A DNA stretch of 64,000 nucleotides from an uncultured Candidatus Rokubacteria bacterium (GTDB taxonomy: Bacteria; Methylomirabilota; Methylomirabilia; Rokubacteriales; CSP1-6). Of the stretch, positions 1-9,865 are shown in pieces. The notes under the pieces are model-generated. The model ran no database searches, was not told the origin of the DNA, and worked only from the letters and a program-made list of their open reading frames with translations. The stretch covers positions 1,536,001-1,600,000 of the forward strand of contig CAVYTA010000006.1 of the NCBI GenBank assembly GCA_963771355.1, in the 5' to 3' direction. A program made the translations under genes and the position numbers. Every line of letters starts with the position of its first letter. Position 1 is the first letter of the stretch.

Positions 1-473
1 ACGTCCCGCTCGTGGCAGCGGCGGACCAGGGCGGCGCCGGGGTCGCCGAGGCCGATGCTCCAGACCGGGACGCGCTCCTCCAGGATCACCTCGATGGCGG
101 CGTCCACGAGATCGGGCGGCCGGGTGAGCGGAGGCGGCGTGGGGGCGAGGCCGAGCTCCGCGCGGAACCGGTTGAGGGTCTCCTGCACCGCCCGCACCGT
201 CGCCTCGGGGAGCCGCGCGGGGTCGGCGGGCGGGCGGATGTCGCGGTGCAGCCAGAGATTCACCCCGAAGGGACGCCGGGTGAGCGCGCGCACCTTGCGG
301 ATCCCCTCGCGCACGACGTCGACGGGTTGGTTGAGGGCGGCGAGGATGCCGAGACCGCCCGCCTCGCACACCTCGGCCACGAGCTCGGGGCCGGCCACCG
401 CGCCCATTCCGGACTGGACGATCGGATACTCGATCTCGAGCAACCCGCACAGCGCCGTACGTAACCGGTCCAT
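1..473 (-). CDS. Nitronate monooxygenase / 2-nitropropane dioxygenase family flavoprotein (5' part; runs off window start)
   Basis: Not in the ORF track; translated by hand from ATG at 473: MDRLRTALCGLLEIEYPIVQSGMGAVAGPELVAEVCEAGGLGILAA...RPFGVNL, the typical NMO N-terminus. GGAGG RBS at 481-485. Confidence 0.85.
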   Translation of the reverse strand, partial: MDRLRTALCGLLEIEYPIVQSGMGAVAGPELVAEVCEAGGLGILAALNQPVDVVREGIRKVRALTRRPFGVNLWLHRDIRPPADPARLPEATVRAVQETLNRFRAELGLAPTPPPLTRPPDLVDAAIEVILEERVPVWSIGLGDPGAALVRRCHERD

Positions 474-560
474 CGGAGCACCTCCGCATCGAGAGTCGCG
501 CCCGCGCCGATTCTAGCGCAATCGGTTGCGAGGGGTAGGAGGCCGGGCTACGGTAAGAGC

Positions 561-1116
561 ATGGCGGCGCGACTCACGGTCCTGCTCGTGGGCCTTCTAC
601 TGACCGGCTGCGGCTCCGTTTTCCCGAAGGCCAGCCTGGTCGGCGTGAACCGCGCGCTCACCATTCCCGAGCTGCGCCGGGACGCCGATGCCCACCAGGG
701 CGAGCGCGTGGTGCTGGGCGGCGTCATCCTGGCCACCACCCCCAAGGTCGGCCAGACCGAGATCGAGGTGCTCTCCCGCCCCCTCGGCGAAGCCGACTCA
801 CCCAGGCGGACCGACCAGTCCGACGGTCGCTTTCTCGTGGTGACGCCCGACTTTCTCGACCCGGCCGTCTATTCGACGGGGCGCCGGGTCTCGGTGCTGG
901 GAACGGTGACGGGCGGTGAGGAGCGCAAGCTCGGCGAGCTCCCCTACCGATACCCGGTGATCCGCGCCGAGCGCATGTATCTCTGGGCGGAGGACCTGGC
1001 GCTGGGAGGCTATCCGTACTACGGCTACCCCTTGGTCTACGGGCCGCCCGGATTCTACGTGGGCGGGCTACTGGGGCCCTCGCTTCCCGGGGCCCCTTCA
1101 CCCGTTCTGGTGGTAG
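561..1116 (+). CDS. Slp-family outer-membrane lipoprotein (apparent +1 frameshift near 1061-1068; ORF track reads through to 1175)
   Basis: Lipobox LLTGC. Slp motifs RVVLGGVI..., EIEVLSRPL, GRFL...FLDPAVY..GRRVSVLG, YPVI. An aromatic tail GYWGPRFPGPLHPFWW-TAG(1116) lies in the shifted frame. Confidence 0.8.
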
Positions 1117-1120
1117 CGCG

Positions 1121-2434
1121 TCACGGGCGCTTGCCCGTCACCATCACCGTCGAGAACGTGTCCGGGTCCAGGTAGAGCGCCACCACGCGCCGCACGTCGG
1201 CGGCCGTGACTCGCGCGATTCGCTCGCGGTAGCGCTCCGGATAGTCGAGGCCGAGCCCCGCCTCTTCCAGTGAGATCAAGAGTCCCGCGACCTTGGAGGA
1301 GGTGTCCACGCGGAGCGGGTAGCTCCCGATGAGATAGGCCTTGGCGAGCTCCAGCTCCTGCGGCGTCACGTCGTCCCGGCCGAGCCGCCGCATCTCCTCC
1401 CGCACCAGGCGCACCGCCTCGTCCGCGGACTCGTTCCGCGTCTGGAGAGAGACGGTCTGTGAGGCTCCGTGACGCGCGGCGGACAGGCTCGCGTGCACGC
1501 CATAGACGAGGCCATGCTCCTCGCGCACGCGGGAATAGAGCCGCGAGGCCGATCCCCCGCCGAGGATGTAGTTCGCCACCACGAGAGCGGGATAGTCGGG
1601 CGAATCCTGCCGGATGGCGGGACGGCCCAGCAGCACCGTGGTCTGGGTCAGGGGACGGGTGAGGACGCGGGTCTCGGCGGGCGCCACGGGCGGCGCGATC
1701 GGGATCAGGGGCGGCGGCGCGGGCGGCGGCATCCACGCCCCCAGCCGGGCGGCGAGCGCGGCGCGTATCTCCGCGGTGGTCACGTCCCCCACCACCGCGA
1801 TCACCGTCGCGTCCGGACGGTAGCGCTCGCGGTGGAATCGCGCCACCTGGGCGCGATCGAGGGTCGCCACCGTGGTGAGGGTGCCGGACACGGGGCGCGC
1901 GTAAGGATGTCCCGGGTAGAGCAGCGGAGCGAGCGCCCGCCAGGCGACCGATCCCGGGTCCGTCTCCGCGTTCTGGAGCGCGGCCTCGATCTCCGCCACT
2001 TTCCGCCTGAGCTCGGGCTCCGGGAAGGCCGGCTGGGTCAGCACCTCGGCGAGCAGGTCCAGGCCCAGCGCGAGGTCTCGCTTGAGCACGCCCACGGACA
2101 CCGAGGCCCCGTCGCGGCCGCCCCCGCTGCCGAGCGATCCCCCCACGGACTCGATGGCCCGATCGATCTCCGGACCCGAGCGGCGCGCGGTGCCGCGGGT
2201 GAGCAGCTCCGCGGTGAGGTTCGCGAGGCCCAGGGACGCGGGCGGGTCCAGCACGGCGCCCGCGCGCACGTAGGCGGTCATCGCCACGATGGGCAAAGCG
2301 TGCCGCTCGCTCACGAGGAGCACGATGCCGTTGGGCAGGACCTCGCGATCCGCCAGCGGCGGAGCGGCCGCGGCGCCGGAGACCAGGGCGAGGGACAGCA
2401 GCCAGAGGGACACTCGCGCGGCGCGCGTGCTCAT
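1121..2434 (-). CDS. M16 (pitrilysin/PqqL-like) peptidase, non-catalytic subunit with signal peptide
   Basis: LPNGIVLLV; GLANLTAELLTRGT replaces HXXEH; ILGGGSASRLYSRVREEHGLVY. Start ATG 2434 overlaps the upstream stop (ATGA). Confidence 0.85.
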   Translation of the reverse strand: MSTRAARVSLWLLSLALVSGAAAAPPLADREVLPNGIVLLVSERHALPIVAMTAYVRAGAVLDPPASLGLANLTAELLTRGTARRSGPEIDRAIESVGGSLGSGGGRDGASVSVGVLKRDLALGLDLLAEVLTQPAFPEPELRRKVAEIEAALQNAETDPGSVAWRALAPLLYPGHPYARPVSGTLTTVATLDRAQVARFHRERYRPDATVIAVVGDVTTAEIRAALAARLGAWMPPPAPPPLIPIAPPVAPAETRVLTRPLTQTTVLLGRPAIRQDSPDYPALVVANYILGGGSASRLYSRVREEHGLVYGVHASLSAARHGASQTVSLQTRNESADEAVRLVREEMRRLGRDDVTPQELELAKAYLIGSYPLRVDTSSKVAGLLISLEEAGLGLDYPERYRERIARVTAADVRRVVALYLDPDTFSTVMVTGKRP

Positions 2435-2949
2435 GGCTCGAGAGTGAGCCGGAAGCCGCGCACCGTCAATCCCGGCGCCGGCTCGAAGTCCAGCTCGGGC
2501 ACGTGCACGAAGCCCAGCCGCGCGTACAGGCGCATCGCCACCGCCATCATGGGCGTGGTATGCAGGGTCAGCGCGTCCGCCCCCGCCGCCCGCGCCCGGT
2601 GAATGCACGCCTGCATCAGCTCCTCGCCCACGCCGTGCCCACGCTCGGCGGGGTCCACCGCGAGCAAGCGCACCTCCGGCCAGCGCGTGGAGGCGCCGTC
2701 GCCGTCTCGAGCCGGAAAGGCCGCCCCGGCCGGATAGAGCAGCACCGCGCCCACGATCCGGCCCTCGCGCTCGGCCACGAGCTGCGCGGCGGGTGTCACG
2801 TCCGCGAGCGTGCCCGTGATATTGGCGCGATAGGCTTCCCAGAAGGGCGGCGGTAGCTGGGTCGCGTACTGCTGGTACGCCGCCAGGGTCACCGACTCGA
2901 TGGCGGGAACGTCCGCCGGGCGCGCGTCGCGAATCGCGAGCGCGCTCAT
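2431..2949 (-). CDS. GNAT family N-acetyltransferase
   Basis: IRDARPAD start; VRLLAVDPAERGHGVGEELM acetyl-CoA motif A; LYARLGF. ATGA-coupled on both sides. Confidence 0.88.
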   Translation of the reverse strand: MSALAIRDARPADVPAIESVTLAAYQQYATQLPPPFWEAYRANITGTLADVTPAAQLVAEREGRIVGAVLLYPAGAAFPARDGDGASTRWPEVRLLAVDPAERGHGVGEELMQACIHRARAAGADALTLHTTPMMAVAMRLYARLGFVHVPELDFEPAPGLTVRGFRLTLEP

Positions 2950-3500
2950 GGCCGGGCGTCCGGGCTCGCGGTACGATCCGCCGCCGGCCAGCGCTGCGGC
3001 GCCGCGGGCAGCACCGTTTGCTTGCCCGTCATCCGCTCCACCGCGATCGCGTACAGCGTGATCTGGTCCAGGCGCGGATAGAAGCCGGCCGGGCGCCGCC
3101 AGGCGGGATCGCCATACTTGGTCATCAGCGCGCCGAAGAACCGCCGCTTGGCCTCCCGCTCCTCCACCACGCGGATGCGGCCGAACACCACCACGCTCCG
3201 ATACTCCACCGAGGTGTCGCACTCGAAGCGCCCGTAGGCGAACACCTCGCCCGGTTCGTCCACCTCGAAGCAGACGCGCGCCTCGTGGTCCACGTTGACG
3301 CGCAGGTGGCCGCGGACCCCCGCGTTGTGGACCCAGATCTCGCCGTCCCTCCAGACGTAGAGGAGCGGCACGATGTACGGCCAGCCATCCGGGCCCACGG
3401 TGGCCAGGCGTCCCGAGAACCCGCGCGCGAGCACCTCGGCGGCGGCGGCCTCCGGCATCGCCTTGTCGGCCCGTCGAATCGGGGCGGAGGGCGTGTCCAC
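2946..3500 (-). CDS. Pyridoxamine 5'-phosphate oxidase-like FMN-binding protein (NimA-like)
   Basis: IRRADK, GRLATVGPDGWPYIVPL, VCFEVD, YRSVVVFGR, MTGK motifs. Confidence 0.85.
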   Translation of the reverse strand: MDTPSAPIRRADKAMPEAAAAEVLARGFSGRLATVGPDGWPYIVPLLYVWRDGEIWVHNAGVRGHLRVNVDHEARVCFEVDEPGEVFAYGRFECDTSVEYRSVVVFGRIRVVEEREAKRRFFGALMTKYGDPAWRRPAGFYPRLDQITLYAIAVERMTGKQTVLPAAPQRWPAADRTASPDARP

Positions 3501-3501
3501 G

Positions 3502-4314
3502 TCACTGGCCGTCGCGCGCGGCCAGCGCGGCGATCAGGTCCGCCACCGCGTCCACGTGGGTGGCGGTGAGCGCGTGGGTCGCCTGCTCGAGGGTGACGAG
3601 GGAGCCCTGCGGCGCGTGCGACGCGATGGCGCGGCAGATCCGGGTCATGGCCTCGGGGCTGCGCGTCCCGCACACCACCAGCACCGGCATGGGGAGCCGT
3701 CGGAGCGCGTCCGCGGTGTAGCGCTCACGAAACGTCGCGCGGACGTCGCGGACATTGTGCGCGGTATGGGCGACCAGGAACTCCTTCATCGGCGGCGGCA
3801 TGCGCTCGAAGGCGCCGGCGCCGAACCAGTAGTTCGCCATGATGCCCACCGCCTCGCCGTCGCCACCCTCGAAGGCTGCGATGTAGCGGTCGAACTCCGC
3901 CTTGCTCGCGACAAAGGTCTCGGCCTCACCCAGCGCCTCCAGCACGGGAACCGCCACCGGCTCGAAGAGCGCGAGGGCTCGCGGCGTCACGGCGCCCGCC
4001 AGCGCCACGCGGAGTGCGATCACCCCCCCATAGGAGTGCCCGGCGAGCACGCGCGGCGTGCCCACCTCCGCGAGCAGGGCCTCCACCAGGCGCGCCGCGT
4101 AGGCGTTGTCCGGCGGCGCCCCCGCGGGCGCCGCGCTCGTCTCGCCGTAGCCCGGCAGGTTCGGCGCGATCACGCAAAAGCGGTCGGCGAGCCGCTCGGC
4201 CACCCTCAACCAGGCCTTGGACGTGCCCGGCGAGCCGTGAAGAAGAACGACCACGGGTCCCGCTCCATACTGGTCGTAGGCGATGACGTCCGCGCCGGCG
4301 GTGAGGGTCGGCAT
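3502..4314 (-). CDS. Alpha/beta fold hydrolase
   Basis: VLLHGSPG, APNLPGYG, GHSYGG nucleophile elbow, C-terminal His (ATHAL). Start taken at ATG 4314. Confidence 0.88.
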   Translation of the reverse strand: MPTLTAGADVIAYDQYGAGPVVVLLHGSPGTSKAWLRVAERLADRFCVIAPNLPGYGETSAAPAGAPPDNAYAARLVEALLAEVGTPRVLAGHSYGGVIALRVALAGAVTPRALALFEPVAVPVLEALGEAETFVASKAEFDRYIAAFEGGDGEAVGIMANYWFGAGAFERMPPPMKEFLVAHTAHNVRDVRATFRERYTADALRRLPMPVLVVCGTRSPEAMTRICRAIASHAPQGSLVTLEQATHALTATHVDAVADLIAALAARDGQ

Positions 4315-4322
4315 GCGCGCGA

Positions 4323-5696
4323 CTACCCGCCGGGAACAGGCGGGCCGGCGACGGGCGGGGCGGACTCGGGCAGCAGGATGCCGGTGGTCTTGCGGTCGGG
4401 CGGGAAGTACGCGCGCGCCACCCGCTGGATGTCGGCGGCGGTGACCGCGCGGATGAGGGGCACGAACTCGTCGAGGAGGCGCCACGAGCGCATCAGCTCG
4501 AAGCGGCCGAGCGCGGAGGCGCGCGAATAGATCGAGTCCTGACCCCAGACGAAGGACGCCTCGATCTGGTTCTTGGCCCGCTCGAGCTCCTCCTCCGTCA
4601 CCGGCTCCGTCTTCACCCGCTCGAGCTCCTCCAGCAGCGCGCGCTCCAGGGCCTCGACGCTCACGCCGCGGGCGGGGCGGCCGGACAGCCAGAAGAGGTT
4701 AGGATCGCGCGAGCCATAGGAATAGTCCGCGTCCGCGTCCAGGGCCAGCCGCTGCTCCTGCACGAGCCGACGGTGGAGCCGCGCCGCCCGGCCGCCCGAG
4801 AGCACGGTCTCGAGCACCTCGAGCGCGGGTGCGTCGGCCGACTGGTAGTTGGGCACCAGCCAGGTCAACGCCAGCCCGGGCAACGGGACCGATGGGCTGC
4901 GCAGGGTGACCCGCCGCTCCGCGCGCGCCGGCGGCTCGACGGCGGTCACCGCGGGCGGCTCGGGCCCGCGTGCGATTGCGCCGAACACGGCGCGCACGCG
5001 CTCGAGCAGGGCGGGCGCGGCGAAGTCGCCCACCACCACCAGCACCGCGTTGTTGGGCCGATAGTAGAGATCGTAGAAGGCGCGCAGCTCGACCGGATTG
5101 ATCCGCGCGATGTCCGTCATCCAGCCGATGACCGGCCACTGGTACGGATGCGCGGAGAAGGCGGTGGCCATGAGCTCCTCGGCGAGGAGACCGTCGGGAC
5201 TGTCCTCCGTGCGCATCCGCCGCTCCTCCATCACCACCCGGCGCTCGGAGTCGATCTCCATCGGGTCGAGGAGGAGGTTGCGCATGCGGTCGGCCTCGAG
5301 ACGGAGAATGTCCTCCACCTTGTCGGCGGCGATGTTCACGAAGTAGGTGGTCGAATCCTGGGTGGTGAACGCATTGTCGCGGCCGCCGTTGCCCTCGACG
5401 AGGCGCGCGAACTCCCCCTTGCCGTAGGTGGGCGTGCCCTTGAACATCATGTGCTCGAGGAAGTGGGCGAGCCCGGTGGCGCCCGGTTGCTCGTTGCGCG
5501 AGCCCACGCGGTACCACACCTGCACCGACACGATGGGGCTGCGCCGATCCTCCAGGAGCAGCACGCGGAGACCGTTGTCGAGCGTGGCCTCCAGCACCGG
5601 CGTGGCGGCGCCTCCGGGGACGGCGGCGAGGAGGGCGGCGGCGACCAGCAGGGCCACCGTCGCGACGGCGGCCGGGCGGCGCGACGGGAGCGGCAT
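4323..5696 (-). CDS. M16 zinc peptidase, catalytic subunit with signal peptide
   Basis: LDNGLRVLL, VWYRVGSRNE, GLAHFLEHMMFKGT (HXXEH), NAFT, EERRMR. Confidence 0.92.
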   Translation of the reverse strand: MPLPSRRPAAVATVALLVAAALLAAVPGGAATPVLEATLDNGLRVLLLEDRRSPIVSVQVWYRVGSRNEQPGATGLAHFLEHMMFKGTPTYGKGEFARLVEGNGGRDNAFTTQDSTTYFVNIAADKVEDILRLEADRMRNLLLDPMEIDSERRVVMEERRMRTEDSPDGLLAEELMATAFSAHPYQWPVIGWMTDIARINPVELRAFYDLYYRPNNAVLVVVGDFAAPALLERVRAVFGAIARGPEPPAVTAVEPPARAERRVTLRSPSVPLPGLALTWLVPNYQSADAPALEVLETVLSGGRAARLHRRLVQEQRLALDADADYSYGSRDPNLFWLSGRPARGVSVEALERALLEELERVKTEPVTEEELERAKNQIEASFVWGQDSIYSRASALGRFELMRSWRLLDEFVPLIRAVTAADIQRVARAYFPPDRKTTGILLPESAPPVAGPPVPGG

Positions 5697-5708
5697 GCGC
5701 GGATTATC

Positions 5709-6941
5709 CTATGGGCGCGTGGGCGCGGCAACCGGCGGCGGCGCGCCGGCGAGGCGGAAGGCGGGGCGGAGCGCCATCACGCTGACCACGCTGAGGAGAG
5801 AGAGCACGGCGGCACCGTAGATGCCGGCCACGAAGGAGCCGGTGAGGTCGCGCAGCCAGCCGGTGACCACCGGCGCCGCCACCGCGCCCGTGAAGCAGAT
5901 GGTGTTGTAGGCGCCGAAGGCCTTGCCGAGCACGGAAGGCGGGAAGAGCGGCCCGAAGATCGCGTAGGCCGGTCCCCAGCAGCCCCACACGCAGAAGCTC
6001 GTGGTGAGGATGAGGAGGGTGACCAGCCACGCCGGCCCGTGCCGCTCGATGGTGAGGCCCATTGCCGCCAGCGACAGCGCGGCGAGGATCATCGCCGCCG
6101 CGATATTGACCTTCCGGTGCAGCCCGCGCTCGTGGAGCCGGTCCGCCACCAGGCCGGAGACGAGCAGCCCGACCGGGGCGGCCAGACCCTGGAGGCTCGC
6201 CAGCGAGGCCGAGCGCGCGAGGTCGCGCACGCCCACCTCCACGAAGAAGGCCGGTCCCCAGGTGGCGAGGAGGAACTGCACATAGACCGGCATCACTCCG
6301 GTGAGCCCCAGCAGCCAGAATTCCCGCGTGCGCAGCACGCGGCGAAATGGCCAGGCGGGATCGGCGGGCGCGGTGGCCTGCGGAGGCTCCGGGACGAACC
6401 GCCAGAGGAGCACCACGGACAGGAGCGGGGGCAGCGCGAAGAGGAAGAACACCGCGCGCCAGGGCAACGTCGCACCGAGCGCGCCGGCGAGGACGAGGCC
6501 GAGGGTGGTGCCCAGCCCCGCCCCCGAGAAGGAGATACCCTGCCCCAGCGCCATCTTCTCCCGCGGCGTGGTGGCGGCGATGATCACCCGGTCGTTGGAG
6601 AAGAGAAAGCCCTGCGAGAGCCCGGTGAGGAGCCGCGCCGCGAAGAGCAGCGTCAGCGAGCCGGCGAGCCCGGTCAGCACCGACGCGGCCACGCCCAGCA
6701 GCACCCCGGAGATGAGCATGCGCCGGCGCCCCAGCCGGTCGCCGAGCACCCCCGCGGGCAGCTGCATGCACATGTAGGCGTAGAAGAACGCGGACGACAG
6801 CAGACCCGCTTCCGCATAGTTGAGCTGGAACTCCTGCATGACGGGCGGGAGCAGCGCGGACAGCGCCATGCGGATGAGATAGTTCGCGATCCAGACGTAG
6901 ACGAAGATGGCCCAGACGACCGCGTAGGAGGGGAGCGCCAT
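5709..6941 (-). CDS. MFS transporter
   Basis: About 12 hydrophobic segments; motif A GVLGDRLGRRR; second-half GLVADRL. Confidence 0.9.
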   Translation of the reverse strand: MALPSYAVVWAIFVYVWIANYLIRMALSALLPPVMQEFQLNYAEAGLLSSAFFYAYMCMQLPAGVLGDRLGRRRMLISGVLLGVAASVLTGLAGSLTLLFAARLLTGLSQGFLFSNDRVIIAATTPREKMALGQGISFSGAGLGTTLGLVLAGALGATLPWRAVFFLFALPPLLSVVLLWRFVPEPPQATAPADPAWPFRRVLRTREFWLLGLTGVMPVYVQFLLATWGPAFFVEVGVRDLARSASLASLQGLAAPVGLLVSGLVADRLHERGLHRKVNIAAAMILAALSLAAMGLTIERHGPAWLVTLLILTTSFCVWGCWGPAYAIFGPLFPPSVLGKAFGAYNTICFTGAVAAPVVTGWLRDLTGSFVAGIYGAAVLSLLSVVSVMALRPAFRLAGAPPPVAAPTRP

Positions 6942-6979
6942 TGCCGGCGGTCATGGTAGCACGCGGGCGCGGCGCCGCT

Positions 6980-7700
6980 TCAGCGCGGAGCGCGCGCGAG
7001 CCGGCGGGCACGCGCGAAGACAGCGTCGAGCATGGGGCGCGTGAGGCGTCCGGTGAACGTGTTCTGCTGGCTGGGATGAAAGCATCCCAGCAGGGTGATG
7101 CCGTCGGGCATGCGCGCGGCCACCCCGTGGCCGAAGCGCGGAAGCGGCCGAGGCACCGCCGCGCCGGCGGCGCGGCGCGCGCGGAGATAGGCGTCCCACC
7201 CGATCTTGCCCAGCGCCACCACGACCTTGAGACGACGAGAGGCTTTGCAGCTCCGCGAGGAGATAGGGCTGGCACCGCGACTGCTCGGCGGGGGTGGGCT
7301 TGTTGCCGGGCGGCGCGCAGCGCGCGGCGGCGGTGATGTAAGCGCCGCGGAGGGTCAGCCCGTCCTCCCGGTGCGCGGAGGTCGGCTGGCTCGCGAAGCC
7401 CGCCGCGTGCAGCGCGCGGAAGAGCCAGTCCCCGCTCCGGTCCCCGGTGAACATGCGGCCGGTGCGATTGCCTCCATGCGCGGCCGGGGCGAGCCCCATC
7501 ACCAGCACGCGTGCCCGTGGGTCGCCGAAGCCGGGCAAGGGCCGGGCCCAGTAGGCCTGCCCTTGATAGCGCCGCGGTGGTCGCACCGCCACCGACTCGC
7601 GATGGCGCACCAGCCGTGGGCAGAGACGGCACGCGACGATGCGCGCGGAAATCGCGTCGAGCGAGGCGTTGTCCTCGCCGCTGACTTCGGGGACAATCAC
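6980..7700 (-). pseudogene. udgB: Family-5 uracil-DNA glycosylase (UdgB), interrupted by a +1 frameshift near 7240 (real lesion or assembly error)
   Basis: Frame 1 carries CRLCPRL, GLAPAAHGGNRTGRMFTGDRSG and RCAPPGNKP. Frame 2 continues [14 protein letters not shown]...[13 protein letters not shown]. Start position uncertain (GTG 7700). Confidence 0.85.
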
Positions 7701-7729
7701 GGGGCGATGATAGCCAACGGAGGGCGACG

Positions 7730-8593
7730 GTGACAAGCCGCGTACCCACCCTGATCGTCCACGGGGGCGCGGGCGCCGACCCCCACGACGGGCGCGAAGA
7801 GCTACGCGAGGGCGTCGCGGAGGCGGTACGCGCAGGCTGGGATCGGCTCGTGGCCGGCGGCTCGTCGCTCGACGCGGTGGAGGCCGCGGTGCGCGCGCTG
7901 GAGGATCACCCGCGCTTCAATGCCGGGCGCGGCTCCGTGCTCACGAGCGCGGAGACGGTGGAGATGGACGCCTCCATCATGGAAGGCGACGGCCTCACCA
8001 ACGGCGCGGTGGCCTGCGTCACCGGGCTCCGCCATCCGATCACCCTCGCCCGGAAGATCCTCGAGGCCGGCCGGCACTCGTTCTTCGTGGGGGACGGCGC
8101 GCTGGCGCAGGCTCAGGCCCTGGGCGTGCCGCTCTGCGACCCCGCCGAGCTCGTCACCGCGCGCCAGAAGGAGCGGCTCCGGGCGGTGCAGGCCGGCACC
8201 GTGGGCGCGGTGGCCCTGGACCGCGCGGGCGTCGTCGCCGCCGCCACCTCCACCGGGGGCACCTCGGGCAAGGCGCCGGGCCGCGTGGGCGACTCGCCGC
8301 TCATCGGGTGCGGCACCTATGCGGAGAGCACGCTGGGCGGCGTCTCCTGCACCGGCGACGGCGAGGCCATCATCCGCGTGGTGCTCGCCCGGCGCACGCT
8401 GGACATCCTCAAATCAGTCGATGATCCCATGCTCGCCTGCCGGGTGGCGATGGACGTGCTGACGGAGGAGGGTCGCGGCGGCGGCGGGCTCATCTGCGTG
8501 GACTGGAAGGGCCGGCTCGGCTGGGCCCACTCCACTCCGCTCATGCCGGTGGGCTGGGCGAGCCCGGCCTTGGGCCTGGTGGTCGGCTTCTGA
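7730..8593 (+). CDS. iaaA: Isoaspartyl peptidase / L-asparaginase (Ntn hydrolase)
   Basis: LIVHGGAG, FNAGRGS, EMDASIM, GTVGAVALD (catalytic Thr), ATSTGG, GRVGDSP, TGDGE. Confidence 0.92.
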   Translation: MTSRVPTLIVHGGAGADPHDGREELREGVAEAVRAGWDRLVAGGSSLDAVEAAVRALEDHPRFNAGRGSVLTSAETVEMDASIMEGDGLTNGAVACVTGLRHPITLARKILEAGRHSFFVGDGALAQAQALGVPLCDPAELVTARQKERLRAVQAGTVGAVALDRAGVVAAATSTGGTSGKAPGRVGDSPLIGCGTYAESTLGGVSCTGDGEAIIRVVLARRTLDILKSVDDPMLACRVAMDVLTEEGRGGGGLICVDWKGRLGWAHSTPLMPVGWASPALGLVVGF

Positions 8594-8612
8594 CCGCCAC
8601 CGGGAGCGCCTG

Positions 8613-9830
8613 ATGGCGGTCACGCTCGCCGACGTGGAGGCGGCCCGCGCGCGCCTCCGCGGCGTCATCCACGAGACACCCTGCGCGTACTCACAGAGCC
8701 TCTCCGACCTCACCGGCGCGCGAGTCTTCGTGAAGCTGGAGAACCTCCAGATGACCGGCTCCTTCAAGGAGCGCGGCGCCGCCAACGTCCTCCTCCAGCT
8801 CTCTCCCGCCGAGCGGAAGCGGGGCGTCGTGACCGCGAGCGCGGGTAATCACGGTCTCGCGGTGGCCTTCCACGCCGCGCGGCTCGGCATCGGCGCCGCG
8901 ATCGTCATGCCGGAGTGGGCGCCGCTCACCAAGGTGACGGCGGCGCGCCGCCAGGGCGCGGAGGTGGTGCTCCACGGAGAGAACTACGACGAGGCCTATG
9001 CTCGCGCCCGCGAGATCGAGGCCGAGCGCGGCCTCGTCTTCGTGCACCCCTTCGACGACCCGCGCGTCATCGCGGGCCAGGGCACCATCGGGCTCGAGCT
9101 GGCGGCGCAGGTGCCCGACCTCGAGACGGTGCTGGTGCCGGTGGGCGGCGGCGGTCTCGCTGCCGGGACCGCGGTGGCGCTGAAGAGCCGCCGGTCCGGC
9201 GTGGAGGTGATCGGCGTCCAGACCGACGAGCTGGCGGCGATGAAGGCGGCCTGGGCCAGCGGCGAGCGCGTCACGGTGCCGCCGGCGCCCACTATCGCCG
9301 ACGGCATCGCGGTGCGGCGCGTGGGAGAGCACACCCTCGCCCTCTGCCGCCAGTGGGTCGACCAGATCGTGAGCGTCAGTGAAGAAGAGATCGCCAACGC
9401 CATCCTTCTCCTGCTCGAGATCGAGAAGACGGTGGTGGAGGGCGCGGGGGCGGTGCCTCTGGCGGCGCTGGTCAACAAGAAGGTGGCGGCAGCGGGCAAG
9501 ACGGTCGTGCTGGTGCTCTCCGGCGGCAACATCGACGTGAACCTGATCTCGCGCATCATCGAGCGCGGCCTGGTCAAGGACGGCCGCATCGTGCGCCTGG
9601 CGGTGATGCTGCGCGACCGCCCCGGCCAGCTCGCGCGGCTCACCGGGCTGGTGGCGGAAATGCGCGCGAACGTGCTCCACATCCTCCACGACCGCGCGTT
9701 CTCCCGGGCCCGGCTGGGCGAGACCGAGGTGGAGCTGACGCTGGAAACTTCCGGGCGCGAGCAGATCGAGGCGGTGAAGCGGCACCTGACCGCCGCCGGC
9801 TACACGGTGCACGAGATCGTCCGCAACTGA
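8613..9830 (+). CDS. ilvA: Threonine ammonia-lyase (PLP) with a C-terminal ACT domain
   Basis: KLENLQMTGSFKERGA, SAGNHG, VPVGGGGL, TIADGI, SGGNID; C-terminal DRPGQL ACT domain. Confidence 0.92.
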   Translation: MAVTLADVEAARARLRGVIHETPCAYSQSLSDLTGARVFVKLENLQMTGSFKERGAANVLLQLSPAERKRGVVTASAGNHGLAVAFHAARLGIGAAIVMPEWAPLTKVTAARRQGAEVVLHGENYDEAYARAREIEAERGLVFVHPFDDPRVIAGQGTIGLELAAQVPDLETVLVPVGGGGLAAGTAVALKSRRSGVEVIGVQTDELAAMKAAWASGERVTVPPAPTIADGIAVRRVGEHTLALCRQWVDQIVSVSEEEIANAILLLLEIEKTVVEGAGAVPLAALVNKKVAAAGKTVVLVLSGGNIDVNLISRIIERGLVKDGRIVRLAVMLRDRPGQLARLTGLVAEMRANVLHILHDRAFSRARLGETEVELTLETSGREQIEAVKRHLTAAGYTVHEIVRN

Positions 9831-9865
9831 GGGCGAGGTGCTACGATTGCCCTTACCGGATCGGT

